This document shows, one piece after another, positions 8,314 through 16,286 of a DNA stretch of 55,726 bases. The position numbers and the translations under genes were made by a program. Location of the stretch: the IMG/VR virus record IMGVR_UViG_3300017938_000011, positions 1 through 55,726 of that record, one strand, 5' to 3'. This DNA comes from a virus (taxonomy: Duplodnaviria; Caudoviricetes). The notes under the pieces were generated by a model. It was not told the DNA's origin and did no database searches. It was given only the letters and a program-made list of their open reading frames with translations. Positions within the stretch are counted from its first letter, which is position 1. Each line of letters begins with the position of its first letter.

Positions 8314-8479
8314 GTTTAAGCGCCTACGGGCGCCCTGTGGCTCGGCGGCAGGGCATCCGCAGGGCTAGGCCATATGGACTGACCATTGGTCATGATGCGT
8401 CCCCCGGAGGCTCGGGAGCGGTATCCAGCCGAGCAGGACGTAATCCATCGCCAGAGCGAAGGGCGCGAAGCGGTGCAGG

Positions 8480-9886
8480 CTAACTGAGCTTTTCCAATCT
8501 GGCGCGCAATTTGTCGCCTGAGATGAGTTGTTCGGGATGCTCTTTGATTTCAGCGAGTCGCTTGCGGGCAATTCGGACATCGCGCTCATCCTCTGTTTCT
8601 CGTTTCGCCTTCCCCTTGCGGCGCGCGGCCGCGACTTGGTCTAGCGTCTTTCCGTCAAGCGTCGCTAGCCGATTCGTAAAACGCTGCCAACGCACGATGC
8701 TGACTTCGACAAAACGAGGATCAACGTCCATTGCTGCGGCTTTCCGGCTGTTCATCTCGCAGGCAATAATCGAGCCGCCAGCGCCGACGAAAGGATCAAA
8801 AACGATTTGGCTGACCTTACTGCTATTCGCTATTGCCTCGGCCGCGAGCGCAACCGGTTTCTGGGTCGGATGCTCGTAGTCGGATTTTTGGGCATCGCGA
8901 TTTAGCGTCCAAACAGTCGTCTTAGTTCGATCCCCATAGAAGCGGTGCTTGCCCTTTCCTGGCTTCCATCCGTAGAGCATCGGCTCATGTTGCGAGCGAT
9001 AGTCCTGCCAGCCCATCCCGGCCGCTTGCTTCACCCAGATGATCGTCGCTGACTTCGTAAAGAACTCAGCGAAAGCGCGCTCGAAGGCGAGTTTCGGACC
9101 AGATGCAGCGTCGGGATGGCAAACATAGATCGAGGCCAAGTTCTTCATATTCGCCGCGATCACTTCGAACGATGATCGCAGGAAAGCGGCAAAGTCCTTC
9201 TCGCTCATGTCGTCATTCTTGATCGTACCGAGCCTATTCTGGCCGAGGCCAGAATAGGCTAGGTTGTAGGGCGGATCGGTGAAGACGAGGTCGGCTTGTG
9301 CGCCCCCGCCCATGCACATTGCCACGTCAGATTCGGACGTAGCATCGCCGCAGACTAAGATGTGGTCCCCTAAGACCCAGCGATCACCGCGACGCACTAC
9401 CGGCTTCTTCGGCGGCTCCGGTGTGGCTTCTGGATCGGCTTGGCCTTCGGTGCCCATTTGGACGCCCCAGCCGCGAAGCTGAGATTCGGGGAAGCCGAGC
9501 AAGGGAACGTCGTAGCCAGCGAGTTTGAGATCCTTAAGTTCGGCGGTGATCAGCTCGACTCCCCACGTCGAAAGTTCGGCATAGGAATTATCTTTGATCC
9601 TGACGGCGCGCTTCTTCTCTTCGGACCAGCCAATCGCTACGGCGACTGGATAGCGCGTATACCCATTCTGAAGAGCCGCAAGTCGCCGACCGTGTCCGTA
9701 AATGATCACGCCTGCTTCATCGACGAGGATCGGAGCGGTGACTCCATCATCCTTCATTGAGGAGGCAATGAGATCAATCTGAGCCTGAGAATGTTGGCGT
9801 GGATTTTTCTCATAAGGCCGGATTTTTTCTATCGGCCACAGCGCGACCTTTGATGCTGGCCATGTCTCTTCAAGTCGCTTCGCCAT
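8480..9886 (-). CDS. ParB-N-terminal-domain DNA amino-methyltransferase (N4/N6)
   Basis: PYEKNPR/GHGRRLAA ParB-like domain; DPPY, HPTQKP, DPFVGAG motifs. Confidence 0.92.
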   Translation of the reverse strand: MAKRLEETWPASKVALWPIEKIRPYEKNPRQHSQAQIDLIASSMKDDGVTAPILVDEAGVIIYGHGRRLAALQNGYTRYPVAVAIGWSEEKKRAVRIKDNSYAELSTWGVELITAELKDLKLAGYDVPLLGFPESQLRGWGVQMGTEGQADPEATPEPPKKPVVRRGDRWVLGDHILVCGDATSESDVAMCMGGGAQADLVFTDPPYNLAYSGLGQNRLGTIKNDDMSEKDFAAFLRSSFEVIAANMKNLASIYVCHPDAASGPKLAFERAFAEFFTKSATIIWVKQAAGMGWQDYRSQHEPMLYGWKPGKGKHRFYGDRTKTTVWTLNRDAQKSDYEHPTQKPVALAAEAIANSSKVSQIVFDPFVGAGGSIIACEMNSRKAAAMDVDPRFVEVSIVRWQRFTNRLATLDGKTLDQVAAARRKGKAKRETEDERDVRIARKRLAEIKEHPEQLISGDKLRARLEKLS

Positions 9887-10095
9887 CAGGCCACCTTCGG
9901 CCGCGCGCCGGGGAGCGGCTCTTTTGGGTCATCGTACCACCGGACCGCCTTCAGCGGCCACGGCCCTTTTCCTCCCGGCATGTCGACGTCGAGATCGACG
10001 AGCTTGCCATCGAGCCGGACGTTCGTCACCATGGCGCTCCAAATATCGCCGGCAAAGCTCCGATAGGTTACACGCTCGTTGATGGCAGGCATCAT
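9886..10095 (-). CDS. Hypothetical protein
   Basis: 69 aa, coupled to the MTase start. Confidence 0.6.
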   Translation of the reverse strand: MMPAINERVTYRSFAGDIWSAMVTNVRLDGKLVDLDVDMPGGKGPWPLKAVRWYDDPKEPLPGARPKVA

Positions 10096-10307
10096 GGTTC
10101 CTTCGGCTTGTTCGTGTGCCCTTTGAAAAACTCTGGCATCGCTTCCGCGACGGTGCGGTTGAGGAATGGCTCTGGATCGTTAGTCGAGATTGCGACGCGG
10201 CTTCTCGCCATCCCAGCTTCGAACGCGCCAAATAGCTTCAGCGCGGCCGCAGCGATTCGGTAGTCGCGCGGGATGCGGAGCGAGGTCGAGTTCTCGATGA
10301 TCTGTTT
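10092..10307 (-). pseudogene. 3' remnant of a gene truncated by the IS1595 element
   Basis: Open frame KQIIENSTSLRIPRDY...KPKEP* begins at the element boundary with no start codon. Confidence 0.45.
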
Positions 10308-10322
10308 TATGCTTATCGGGTT

Positions 10323-11396
10323 TCAACATGCAGTGTCTAGCGGTTGATCGTCATCATGACTGACCTTTTGATGCTGCCACTTGCCGCTGTAGAGGCCGTC
10401 ATAGGTCGGGCTTTCACCGTTCGCGCCGATGCCCAAGAGGGAGCGGAAGGCGTTGAACGGGTAGAAGCGGCGATTGAAGCGGAAGGCAAATTCGTTGAGG
10501 TAGGCTTGAAGGTGCTTTGGCTCGACGCGCCCGTGATGGGTGCTTTGCAGCCATGCTTTGAGGTTGCTGAAAACAAGGTGGACGATGGGCAGGTATTCTT
10601 CCGCGACTTCGGGATTGCCACCTTCGACCACCGGCAGATGGGCATAGCCGCGTTTTTCGAGCGAATTATACGCGGGAGCCGCGTCGGTGATGACGATTGC
10701 GCCAATGGCGACGGCGGCTTCCACAAACCCGCAAAGAGCCTTTTCGGTACGATCTGGCACAATCTCGATACGAAGCCGCCCCGCGTATCGGCCGCCTCTC
10801 CGCATGGGCTTGTCGCCTTTCTTAGCTGCCCGCTGGCGGACTTCGACGGCAGCAATAATCAGGCATTTTTCATCGGCGTGGGGGCCTTTGCCCTTCCCGC
10901 GCGTCTTGCCGCCGATGTAGCACTCGTCAACCTCGACGTGATCGCTACGCGCCAGATTGCCGCCGATGGGATCGCGGTTAGGTCGCACCATGCCCGCCCG
11001 CAGCTTGTGCAGGATTTGGAAGGCGGTTTCGTAGCAGCCGACACCGACTTGCCGATGCAATTGCACCGCCGAAATGCCGGGTGTCATGCTCGAAACAAGA
11101 TAAGCGGACCAAAACCATGCCGTCAGGGACGTGTGGGTTCCTTCCATGACGGTTCCGACCGTGATGGAAGTTTGCTTTCGGCAGGCGCGGCAGGCCAGCA
11201 CCTTCGGCCGACTCGCCAAGCGCACCGGCTCGCCCTTTTCGTGGCAGTGCGGGCATTCAAAGCCCTTCAACCATTTCGCGCCTTCAAGCCAACGGGCACA
11301 CGCGGCATCGTCAGGAAAGAGCCGCTGGAAGTCTTTGAGAGATTTCGGGAAGGGCAGGTGTTCCCATTGATGAACGTCGGGGATGGCGGGCGACAT
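10323..11396 (-). CDS. IS1595-family DDE transposase
   Basis: N-terminal Zn ribbon (CPHC...CRAC), VEVDECYIGG, ITD, YLNEFAFRFNRR; stop lies inside the TIR. Confidence 0.95.
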   Translation of the reverse strand: MSPAIPDVHQWEHLPFPKSLKDFQRLFPDDAACARWLEGAKWLKGFECPHCHEKGEPVRLASRPKVLACRACRKQTSITVGTVMEGTHTSLTAWFWSAYLVSSMTPGISAVQLHRQVGVGCYETAFQILHKLRAGMVRPNRDPIGGNLARSDHVEVDECYIGGKTRGKGKGPHADEKCLIIAAVEVRQRAAKKGDKPMRRGGRYAGRLRIEIVPDRTEKALCGFVEAAVAIGAIVITDAAPAYNSLEKRGYAHLPVVEGGNPEVAEEYLPIVHLVFSNLKAWLQSTHHGRVEPKHLQAYLNEFAFRFNRRFYPFNAFRSLLGIGANGESPTYDGLYSGKWQHQKVSHDDDQPLDTAC

Positions 11397-11666
11397 CTAT
11401 CCGCTCACTTTTTGCCCTTCGGCTTCCGCAGTCGCACATGCATCGCAATAATCCCCAACAAGATCAGCGCCGCAGCACTCGCAAATTCCTTCTACTGGCG
11501 CATCCCACGCGCCGCGTGGCGACGGACAGCCCGCACCTTCACATTCTGGACACTTTCCAATATCGGTTTCGAGGCTAGGATCGTCCGGTTGCGGGTCGTG
11601 CCGCATGAGGCGACCGTCTATGCACCGGGTCTGGGTAGTATGGAAACTACGGTTTCGGCGGCTCAT
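11397..11666 (-). CDS. Passenger gene: Zn-finger-rich small protein
   Basis: CPEC, CECC and CDAC motifs; stop abuts the transposase ATG. Confidence 0.65.
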   Translation of the reverse strand: MSRRNRSFHTTQTRCIDGRLMRHDPQPDDPSLETDIGKCPECEGAGCPSPRGAWDAPVEGICECCGADLVGDYCDACATAEAEGQKVSG

Positions 11667-11669
11667 AAT

Positions 11670-11918
11670 TTAGGCCCCCGCGTGGATCGGATGACGAATG
11701 TCGTGACCACAGATCGCGCATTCGTCGATGGATTTGCCGACCATCGTCCCGGCAGCATGGCAATGGTCACGCTGTTCGGCGACGATCAGGGTCTTTTTCG
11801 TGGCTTCGTATGCCGCCTCAATGTGATCCATGATGATTTTGTCATCGGATGGCGCACGTTGCCGAATAGCCGCCCCAAGGTGGCCAAGGATGTTTTCAAG
11901 GTGCTGGACTTTCATCAT
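11670..11918 (-). CDS. Passenger gene: hypothetical protein
   Basis: 82 aa with CAICGH; GGAG RBS. Confidence 0.65.
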   Translation of the reverse strand: MMKVQHLENILGHLGAAIRQRAPSDDKIIMDHIEAAYEATKKTLIVAEQRDHCHAAGTMVGKSIDECAICGHDIRHPIHAGA

Positions 11919-11921
11919 GGC

Positions 11922-12347
11922 TCAGGCTCCAACACCGAATTGCCCATTATCGGCTCGGATTTGTTCGGCCTGTTTCTGGCGATCAGAGCACCAACCCCGC
12001 AGACCGTTGTCGATGATCCCGCCCCTTCCGATCAGCGACTCGACGTTGATCGAAGTGCTCGGGGCGTTGTTGGCATCGAAATGGAGCCAAGTTCCATCGC
12101 GACCGCAGTTAATCGACAGTCCGCAATCATCTATCGGGATAGTCGTGGCTTGTTCGATTTTGGCGGGACTGGCGGGCAGCGGCATCCAATGTGTCGGTTG
12201 CTCGTCAGCCGGGTAGGGCGAATAAGCCGGACCATTTGTGGCCCAACACCCTTGCTGCCGGTGCCAATGGCAAACGGTCATCCATTGGCCTGTGCAAGCA
12301 AGGAAACTGGACCCGTCTTTCGGTGCGCTCTCAATCAGTTTCCACAT
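11922..12347 (-). CDS. Passenger gene: DUF551-like protein
   Basis: WKLIESAPKDG...PTHWMPLP signature; AGGAG RBS. Confidence 0.8.
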   Translation of the reverse strand: MWKLIESAPKDGSSFLACTGQWMTVCHWHRQQGCWATNGPAYSPYPADEQPTHWMPLPASPAKIEQATTIPIDDCGLSINCGRDGTWLHFDANNAPSTSINVESLIGRGGIIDNGLRGWCSDRQKQAEQIRADNGQFGVGA

Positions 12348-12389
12348 CTTAGTCTCCTGTTAACTAAGGCCGTCCATCGGCCTAACCAT

Positions 12390-12418
12390 TATCTAGCACA
12401 GGTAGGTGCATGTGTCAA
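12390..12418 (-). promoter_or_regulatory. Inward-facing sigma70-like promoter in the E5 end
   Basis: TTGACA-17nt-TAGATA pointing into the passenger/transposase operon. Confidence 0.6.
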
Positions 12419-12431
12419 CCCGATAAGCATG

Positions 12432-12502
12432 AAACGAAATGCCTTGTCGGTCTCCCCGCGCTTCTCGGCGGCAATATCGACCACTTCCCGATGTCTACTC
12501 AC
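12432..12502 (-). pseudogene. 5' remnant of a small phage gene cut by E5
   Basis: GTG overlapping the upstream stop; SRHREVVDIAAEKRGETDKAFRF runs into the TIR. Confidence 0.5.
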
Positions 12503-13173
12503 GGCGCGATTTCCTCGCTCGGCTTTGAGCGTCCTGATACTTCTCGCTCCTCGCTCGCATATTTCTCCCGCAGCGCGCTGTCCGTCAGCGGCGCCTTCCA
12601 GGTCCGCGCCATCCGCGTCCCGCCTTGCGAGTAGAACGCCGTTAGCGTGACCCAGATGCCGTGCCGGCCACCGAAGTCGCCCCATTTCCACTCGCGGGGG
12701 TCGACGTCCCTCCCGGCCGCCCATTCCTTCATCGCCTCGTAGGACGGCGAATCGTCGCCGATGAAGACGTTCGCGAAGCATCCCGGCTCCCGCGGCGGCG
12801 GCTCGTAGTACCGCTCAGCCGGGCGGCGCGGCGCCTGCGCGAGGTTCCGCATCGTCTGCGTGGCCTCGTGGCACGCGCTCCTGACTTCGGCCAAGTTCGG
12901 TACCCACTTGACCCGGCTCTGGACGCCGGTCCGGGCGTCGGTGACGAAGTCGACGACGGCGCGCGCGAACTCGCTGAGCACCGCGGCGACGCCGGAAACG
13001 TAGATTTCAGGGTTGTTCACTTCGTCCTTTCGATAAGAGCCGAACATCAGTTCCGCCCGGCTCAGGCAATAGACTAGGTCGGGGCGCGAGTCTGAGCTCC
13101 CCGCGTTCGGCTTGCTCGGCAAGACGCCCGGCAGCGCGGCTTGCGCTTTTGTCATGTCCATTCGATCCTCCAT
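12499..13173 (-). CDS. Putative replication protein (helicase loader-like position)
   Basis: Follows a DnaT/O-like gene; VTDARTGV...WVPNLAEVRSAC; start uncertain. Confidence 0.55.
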   Translation of the reverse strand: MEDRMDMTKAQAALPGVLPSKPNAGSSDSRPDLVYCLSRAELMFGSYRKDEVNNPEIYVSGVAAVLSEFARAVVDFVTDARTGVQSRVKWVPNLAEVRSACHEATQTMRNLAQAPRRPAERYYEPPPREPGCFANVFIGDDSPSYEAMKEWAAGRDVDPREWKWGDFGGRHGIWVTLTAFYSQGGTRMARTWKAPLTDSALREKYASEEREVSGRSKPSEEIAP

Positions 13174-13390
13174 TTTGTTTTGCTACTCGACGCATCCAGC
13201 CCTTGAAGGCCATAGACCAGTTCGCTTTGCAGGCGACCTGCCGGTTACCGTTCGCCCCGGCCCAAAGGCGCATGTCCTCCGCCATGTCGTCGATCTGCGC
13301 GTCCGATAGATGCAAGACGCGATGACCATAGTCGCGATCATCGTTCGATGGCGACCACTCATCCGATAGCGTTGTTCCTCGCGCCATCAC
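13007..13390 (-). CDS. Stand-alone replication-initiator C-terminal (DnaT-like) domain
   Basis: RGTTLSDEWSP...KANWSMAFKGWMRR resembles the C-terminus of phage O-like initiators. Confidence 0.6.
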   Translation of the reverse strand: MMARGTTLSDEWSPSNDDRDYGHRVLHLSDAQIDDMAEDMRLWAGANGNRQVACKANWSMAFKGWMRRVAKQNGGSNGHDKSASRAAGRLAEQAERGELRLAPRPSLLPEPGGTDVRLLSKGRSEQP

Positions 13391-13899
13391 GCCGCCTCTG
13401 GCTGGATCTTAAATTCGACGCCGTTTTTGCGTAGCTCGGCTTTCGATAGTTCGTCGGCAAGCGAATTAAGGTCCCGACTAATCCACGTCCCGCGAAGCGC
13501 GCGGAACTTTTTGATCTTCTCGCGTGCAGCCTTCGCGTGCTCGGCATAGAAGCCGCCCTTGATTCTCCATTTTCCGAAACATTGTTGGATCACGAGGTTC
13601 GAATCGCCTTTGACCAAGATCAATTCCTTTGTCAACCCTTGCTCGATGAACCAATCAAGGACGGCATTGAAGGCGAGGTACTCGGCGACGTTGTTCGATG
13701 TCTGAGGCGAGGCCGGGATCATTCCCGAAGTTTGCCAAACGCGCGCGTTATTTTTGAAAATGACCGCTCCGTATCCCGCGGTCCCGCCAGGATTGCGCGG
13801 CTCGCAGCACCCGTCGAAAAAAGCAATATAGGCACCCATTGATTCGGCATACCGGACCGCATTTTCGTCTGTTCGTACTCGCGCCCGCCTTCGCTTCAT
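13387..13899 (-). CDS. rnhA: Ribonuclease HI
   Basis: FFDGCCEPRNPGG, SNNVAEY, GDSNLVI, RDLNSLADELS. Confidence 0.92.
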   Translation of the reverse strand: MKRRRARVRTDENAVRYAESMGAYIAFFDGCCEPRNPGGTAGYGAVIFKNNARVWQTSGMIPASPQTSNNVAEYLAFNAVLDWFIEQGLTKELILVKGDSNLVIQQCFGKWRIKGGFYAEHAKAAREKIKKFRALRGTWISRDLNSLADELSKAELRKNGVEFKIQPEAA

Positions 13900-14231
13900 T
13901 TAGCTCCCCTATCAGATAGCCGAGTCTTCAATGCGTCGATAGCAAAGTGCATCGTATGTTCAGTCAAGAGAATGCATGGCTTGTTTGTCGCCCTGAAATA
14001 ACGGTTGATCTGTTTGTGGTTTTTACGCATACCGCCGCGTCTTTTGATCTCGACCGTGCAGACTAAATCTCGGCTGTCTGAACGGAATACTGCAATATCA
14101 AACCGACAGTTGCGATACGAATACTCGCCTCGCACGATGTAATCTTCACCAAGAGCTTCCTTGAGAAGAGAGATTGCCTCAGCTTGAACTTCAAACTCTG
14201 ATTTTGGCTTGTTTTTGGCTATTTTCATCAC
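13896..14231 (-). CDS. PD-(D/E)XK nuclease-like protein
   Basis: GEY...RFDIAV...VEIK motif; lower GC. Confidence 0.7.
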   Translation of the reverse strand: MMKIAKNKPKSEFEVQAEAISLLKEALGEDYIVRGEYSYRNCRFDIAVFRSDSRDLVCTVEIKRRGGMRKNHKQINRYFRATNKPCILLTEHTMHFAIDALKTRLSDRGAK

Positions 14232-14562
14232 GTCCCCGCGCGCTTAGAGAGGCAACCTCGGACTCTAGTTTCTTAACCCTTCCTCGCCTACAAAAACTTA
14301 AAGGCAGGAAAGAAAAACCAAGGGAGGTCGGAACCTCCCACAATCAACCGAGGGCGTAAGCCTTTGCCGGTCATCCATGTTTGTCGCGCCCGACACCATC
14401 CGACGCCCATTCTACGGCTGGGCCAGACCGTACTCCTTTGTGGGCCGCCCGCAGGGTCATCCCTGCTGCGGTGTAATCCCGTTCGGTTTCCCTGCCGCGC
14501 ATGAACCCGCGAGCAGGCAGGCCCTTGGGACCTGACGTGCGCGATGGCGGCATGTGGTGGAA

Positions 14563-14591
14563 TTGACGGGCGTTACGAAAAATCGTACATA
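14563..14591 (+). promoter_or_regulatory. Antisense sigma70-like promoter
   Basis: TTGACG-17nt-TACATA, opposite to the operon. Confidence 0.55.
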
Positions 14592-14597
14592 CGCCCT

Positions 14598-14669
14598 CGA
14601 TCGCAACCCGCCGCCAAGCTAGATTGCGATCCGCCCGGCACGGAACCATCCCGGCCGGGCATTCTTTTT
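14598..14669 (+). ncRNA. Putative ~70-nt antisense RNA
   Basis: Promoter, hairpin GATCGCAA/TTGCGATC, then GCCCGGC/GCCGGGC terminator with ATTCTTTTT. Confidence 0.45.
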
Positions 14670-14930
14670 CTAAGCCGATTCGCTGCCATCGTTCCAGCCG
14701 CTAGACCTAGAGCTATTTTCCAAACCGTCGCTAGGGATAGATCTCCGCGCCAGTTCGGCGTCGATCATGGCGCGAATCAGTGAGTCTTCGGCCTTCACCG
14801 GGAACGAGGTCAGTCCCACCGGCGCCGTCCGCGGCTCGGAAGGGGAGCGGAACTCGAGGCGTTCCAGCGCCAGATCCCGCTTCGCCTTCGCCTTGCGAGC
14901 GGATTCTTTGGGGGAATAGCGACGAGTCAC
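14670..14930 (-). CDS. Hypothetical protein
   Basis: GTG start overlapping the upstream stop (MTRRYSPKES...), GGAGG RBS. Confidence 0.55.
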   Translation of the reverse strand: MTRRYSPKESARKAKAKRDLALERLEFRSPSEPRTAPVGLTSFPVKAEDSLIRAMIDAELARRSIPSDGLENSSRSSGWNDGSESA

Positions 14931-15163
14931 TTCTTTGCCTCCAGCTTCATCCGCTTCGTGCGGCTCGGGTTCGGATTGTTCGGCGTTATCGTCACCACCG
15001 CGTTGTTCTCGATCTCGAACATGTGGCCTTTGGCCTTCACCGTGCCGCTGGTGACGCCGGCGCAGATTGCTTGAATTTCCTTGCGGTCGCGGTCGAAGTT
15101 GAAGCCGCGGACGCGCTCGAGCCAGCGGATCAGGCAATGATCGGTGACGCGGAGCAGCTTCAT
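14927..15163 (-). CDS. Hypothetical protein
   Basis: VTDHCLIRWLERV motif; ATGA coupling. Confidence 0.7.
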   Translation of the reverse strand: MKLLRVTDHCLIRWLERVRGFNFDRDRKEIQAICAGVTSGTVKAKGHMFEIENNAVVTITPNNPNPSRTKRMKLEAKK

Positions 15164-15753
15164 GCGGCGATCCCGAATTTGTCGGCTTCATCACCCCTGA
15201 CGACCCAGCCGACACGTTGCTGGCGACCGAAGAGTTCAAGGCGCGGCCCGTCGCAATATCGTTCGACGCGCTCATAGAAACTCTCTGGTTTCCGGCTGTG
15301 CTCGCGCCGTGGCTCGATGATGACTTCGTGGACGCCGGCGTCGCGACGGACCGAGCGGCCGCGCTTGCCGATAAGGCAAAATTCCGCATTCTTGCGAGTC
15401 GTGAAACCTCCGCCGATCGATAGATCCGTCTTCAGGATGAAAAGCGACGCCGCGCGTGGGTTTAGCTTGATCCAGACGAATCCCATTCCGGATGGTTTGA
15501 AGCCCCAGGCCCTCATGATCGGCAGGTGGGCCCCGACGGCGAGCAGCGGCCCGGTGATCCAAAGGAAGAGCGCGGCGTTGTCCGCCGCATAGTCGCCGAC
15601 CGGGAGCCCCGCGATCTCTTCGATCATCATGCAGCGGTAATGCCGCCTGGCGTTCCTTCCCGGTTTCGCCTCACTGTTACTCTTGAAAAGGTAAGGTGGA
15701 TCAATGGCTAGGCAAGCGAACTGACTGCGTTGAAGTCCGTCGAACATTTGCAT
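15160..15753 (-). CDS. MT-A70-family adenine methyltransferase
   Basis: DPPY, LFLW, EHSRKP, RLELFGR. Confidence 0.92.
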   Translation of the reverse strand: MQMFDGLQRSQFACLAIDPPYLFKSNSEAKPGRNARRHYRCMMIEEIAGLPVGDYAADNAALFLWITGPLLAVGAHLPIMRAWGFKPSGMGFVWIKLNPRAASLFILKTDLSIGGGFTTRKNAEFCLIGKRGRSVRRDAGVHEVIIEPRREHSRKPESFYERVERYCDGPRLELFGRQQRVGWVVRGDEADKFGIAA

Positions 15754-15833
15754 GGGGAAGCCCGCCCGAATCGTCCGCCAAGGAAGGCCGAGTCCCGCGC
15801 CGGTGTCCAGCCTTGGCGGGAAAACTGTTCCCG

Positions 15834-16286
15834 TTAATCCCGCTGTTCGCTCTCGAAAACCTCAATTTGCGAGATTTCGACGCGGAGGCGCGGGTTTTCG
15901 GCGTACAATTTCACTGCCCGGCCATCTACGACCTGGACGTCGTCGGTCCACACTATGCCCTTCAAGGCGTCCATCTGCTTGATTATGTTGTCATAATCAG
16001 GCTTTACCGTCGGCCTTAGCGTTCCGGCCAGGGCGGCGTCTCGTTTCCGGCCGGACCAAGATGCGGGGACGGGCATGAAGGCTATCACTAACAGCCTCAG
16101 CGGCCCCGCCAGCGGGCCTTGCCCCTTCATGGCTACCTTGGCTGCCAAGGCAACCGCGCGCTGATAGGCGCGCGTCTCTGCGGGAGTGTAAATGGTTGCA
16201 AAAGGCTTCTTGCCCTTCGGGGTCACGACGCGGAGTCCGGTCCGCTGCCAGCCGACCGGCTCGCCATGAAGTTCGAAGGAAATCAT
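15834..16286 (-). CDS. rusA: RusA-family Holliday junction resolvase
   Basis: KPDYDNIIK, DALKGIVWTDDVQVV. Confidence 0.92.
   Translation of the reverse strand: MISFELHGEPVGWQRTGLRVVTPKGKKPFATIYTPAETRAYQRAVALAAKVAMKGQGPLAGPLRLLVIAFMPVPASWSGRKRDAALAGTLRPTVKPDYDNIIKQMDALKGIVWTDDVQVVDGRAVKLYAENPRLRVEISQIEVFESEQRD

Larger units (their letters stand above)
10308..12431 (-). mobile_element. IS1595-family (ISSod11-like ends) element with three passenger genes (E5)
   Basis: TIRs GCTTATCGGGTTTCAACATGCA / GCTTATCGGGTTGACACATGCA; transposase plus three upstream ORFs; no matching TSD. Confidence 0.9.
14232..14669. ncRNA. Structured non-coding region (putative long leader or primer RNA)
   Basis: At least seven hairpins and a 10-bp long-range inverted repeat in 430 nt with no convincing ORF. 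Confidence 0.5.

Noticed and set aside
606-12440. TTTCGTTT near the E1 right flank is the reverse complement of the E5 right flank AAACGAAA (possible inversion TSD)
   Set aside because: Offset by 2 nt from the expected boundary and low in complexity.
10344-12650. 768-aa plus-strand ORF
   Set aside because: Antisense shadow of four same-frame genes; no recognisable motifs; crosses the element boundary.
14371-14649. 92-aa ORF in the structured region
   Set aside because: No RBS and atypical composition; the region is better explained by RNA structure.
15755-15832. Intergenic inverted repeat CCGCCAAGG/CCTTGGCGG
   Set aside because: A single GC-rich stem with no other support.
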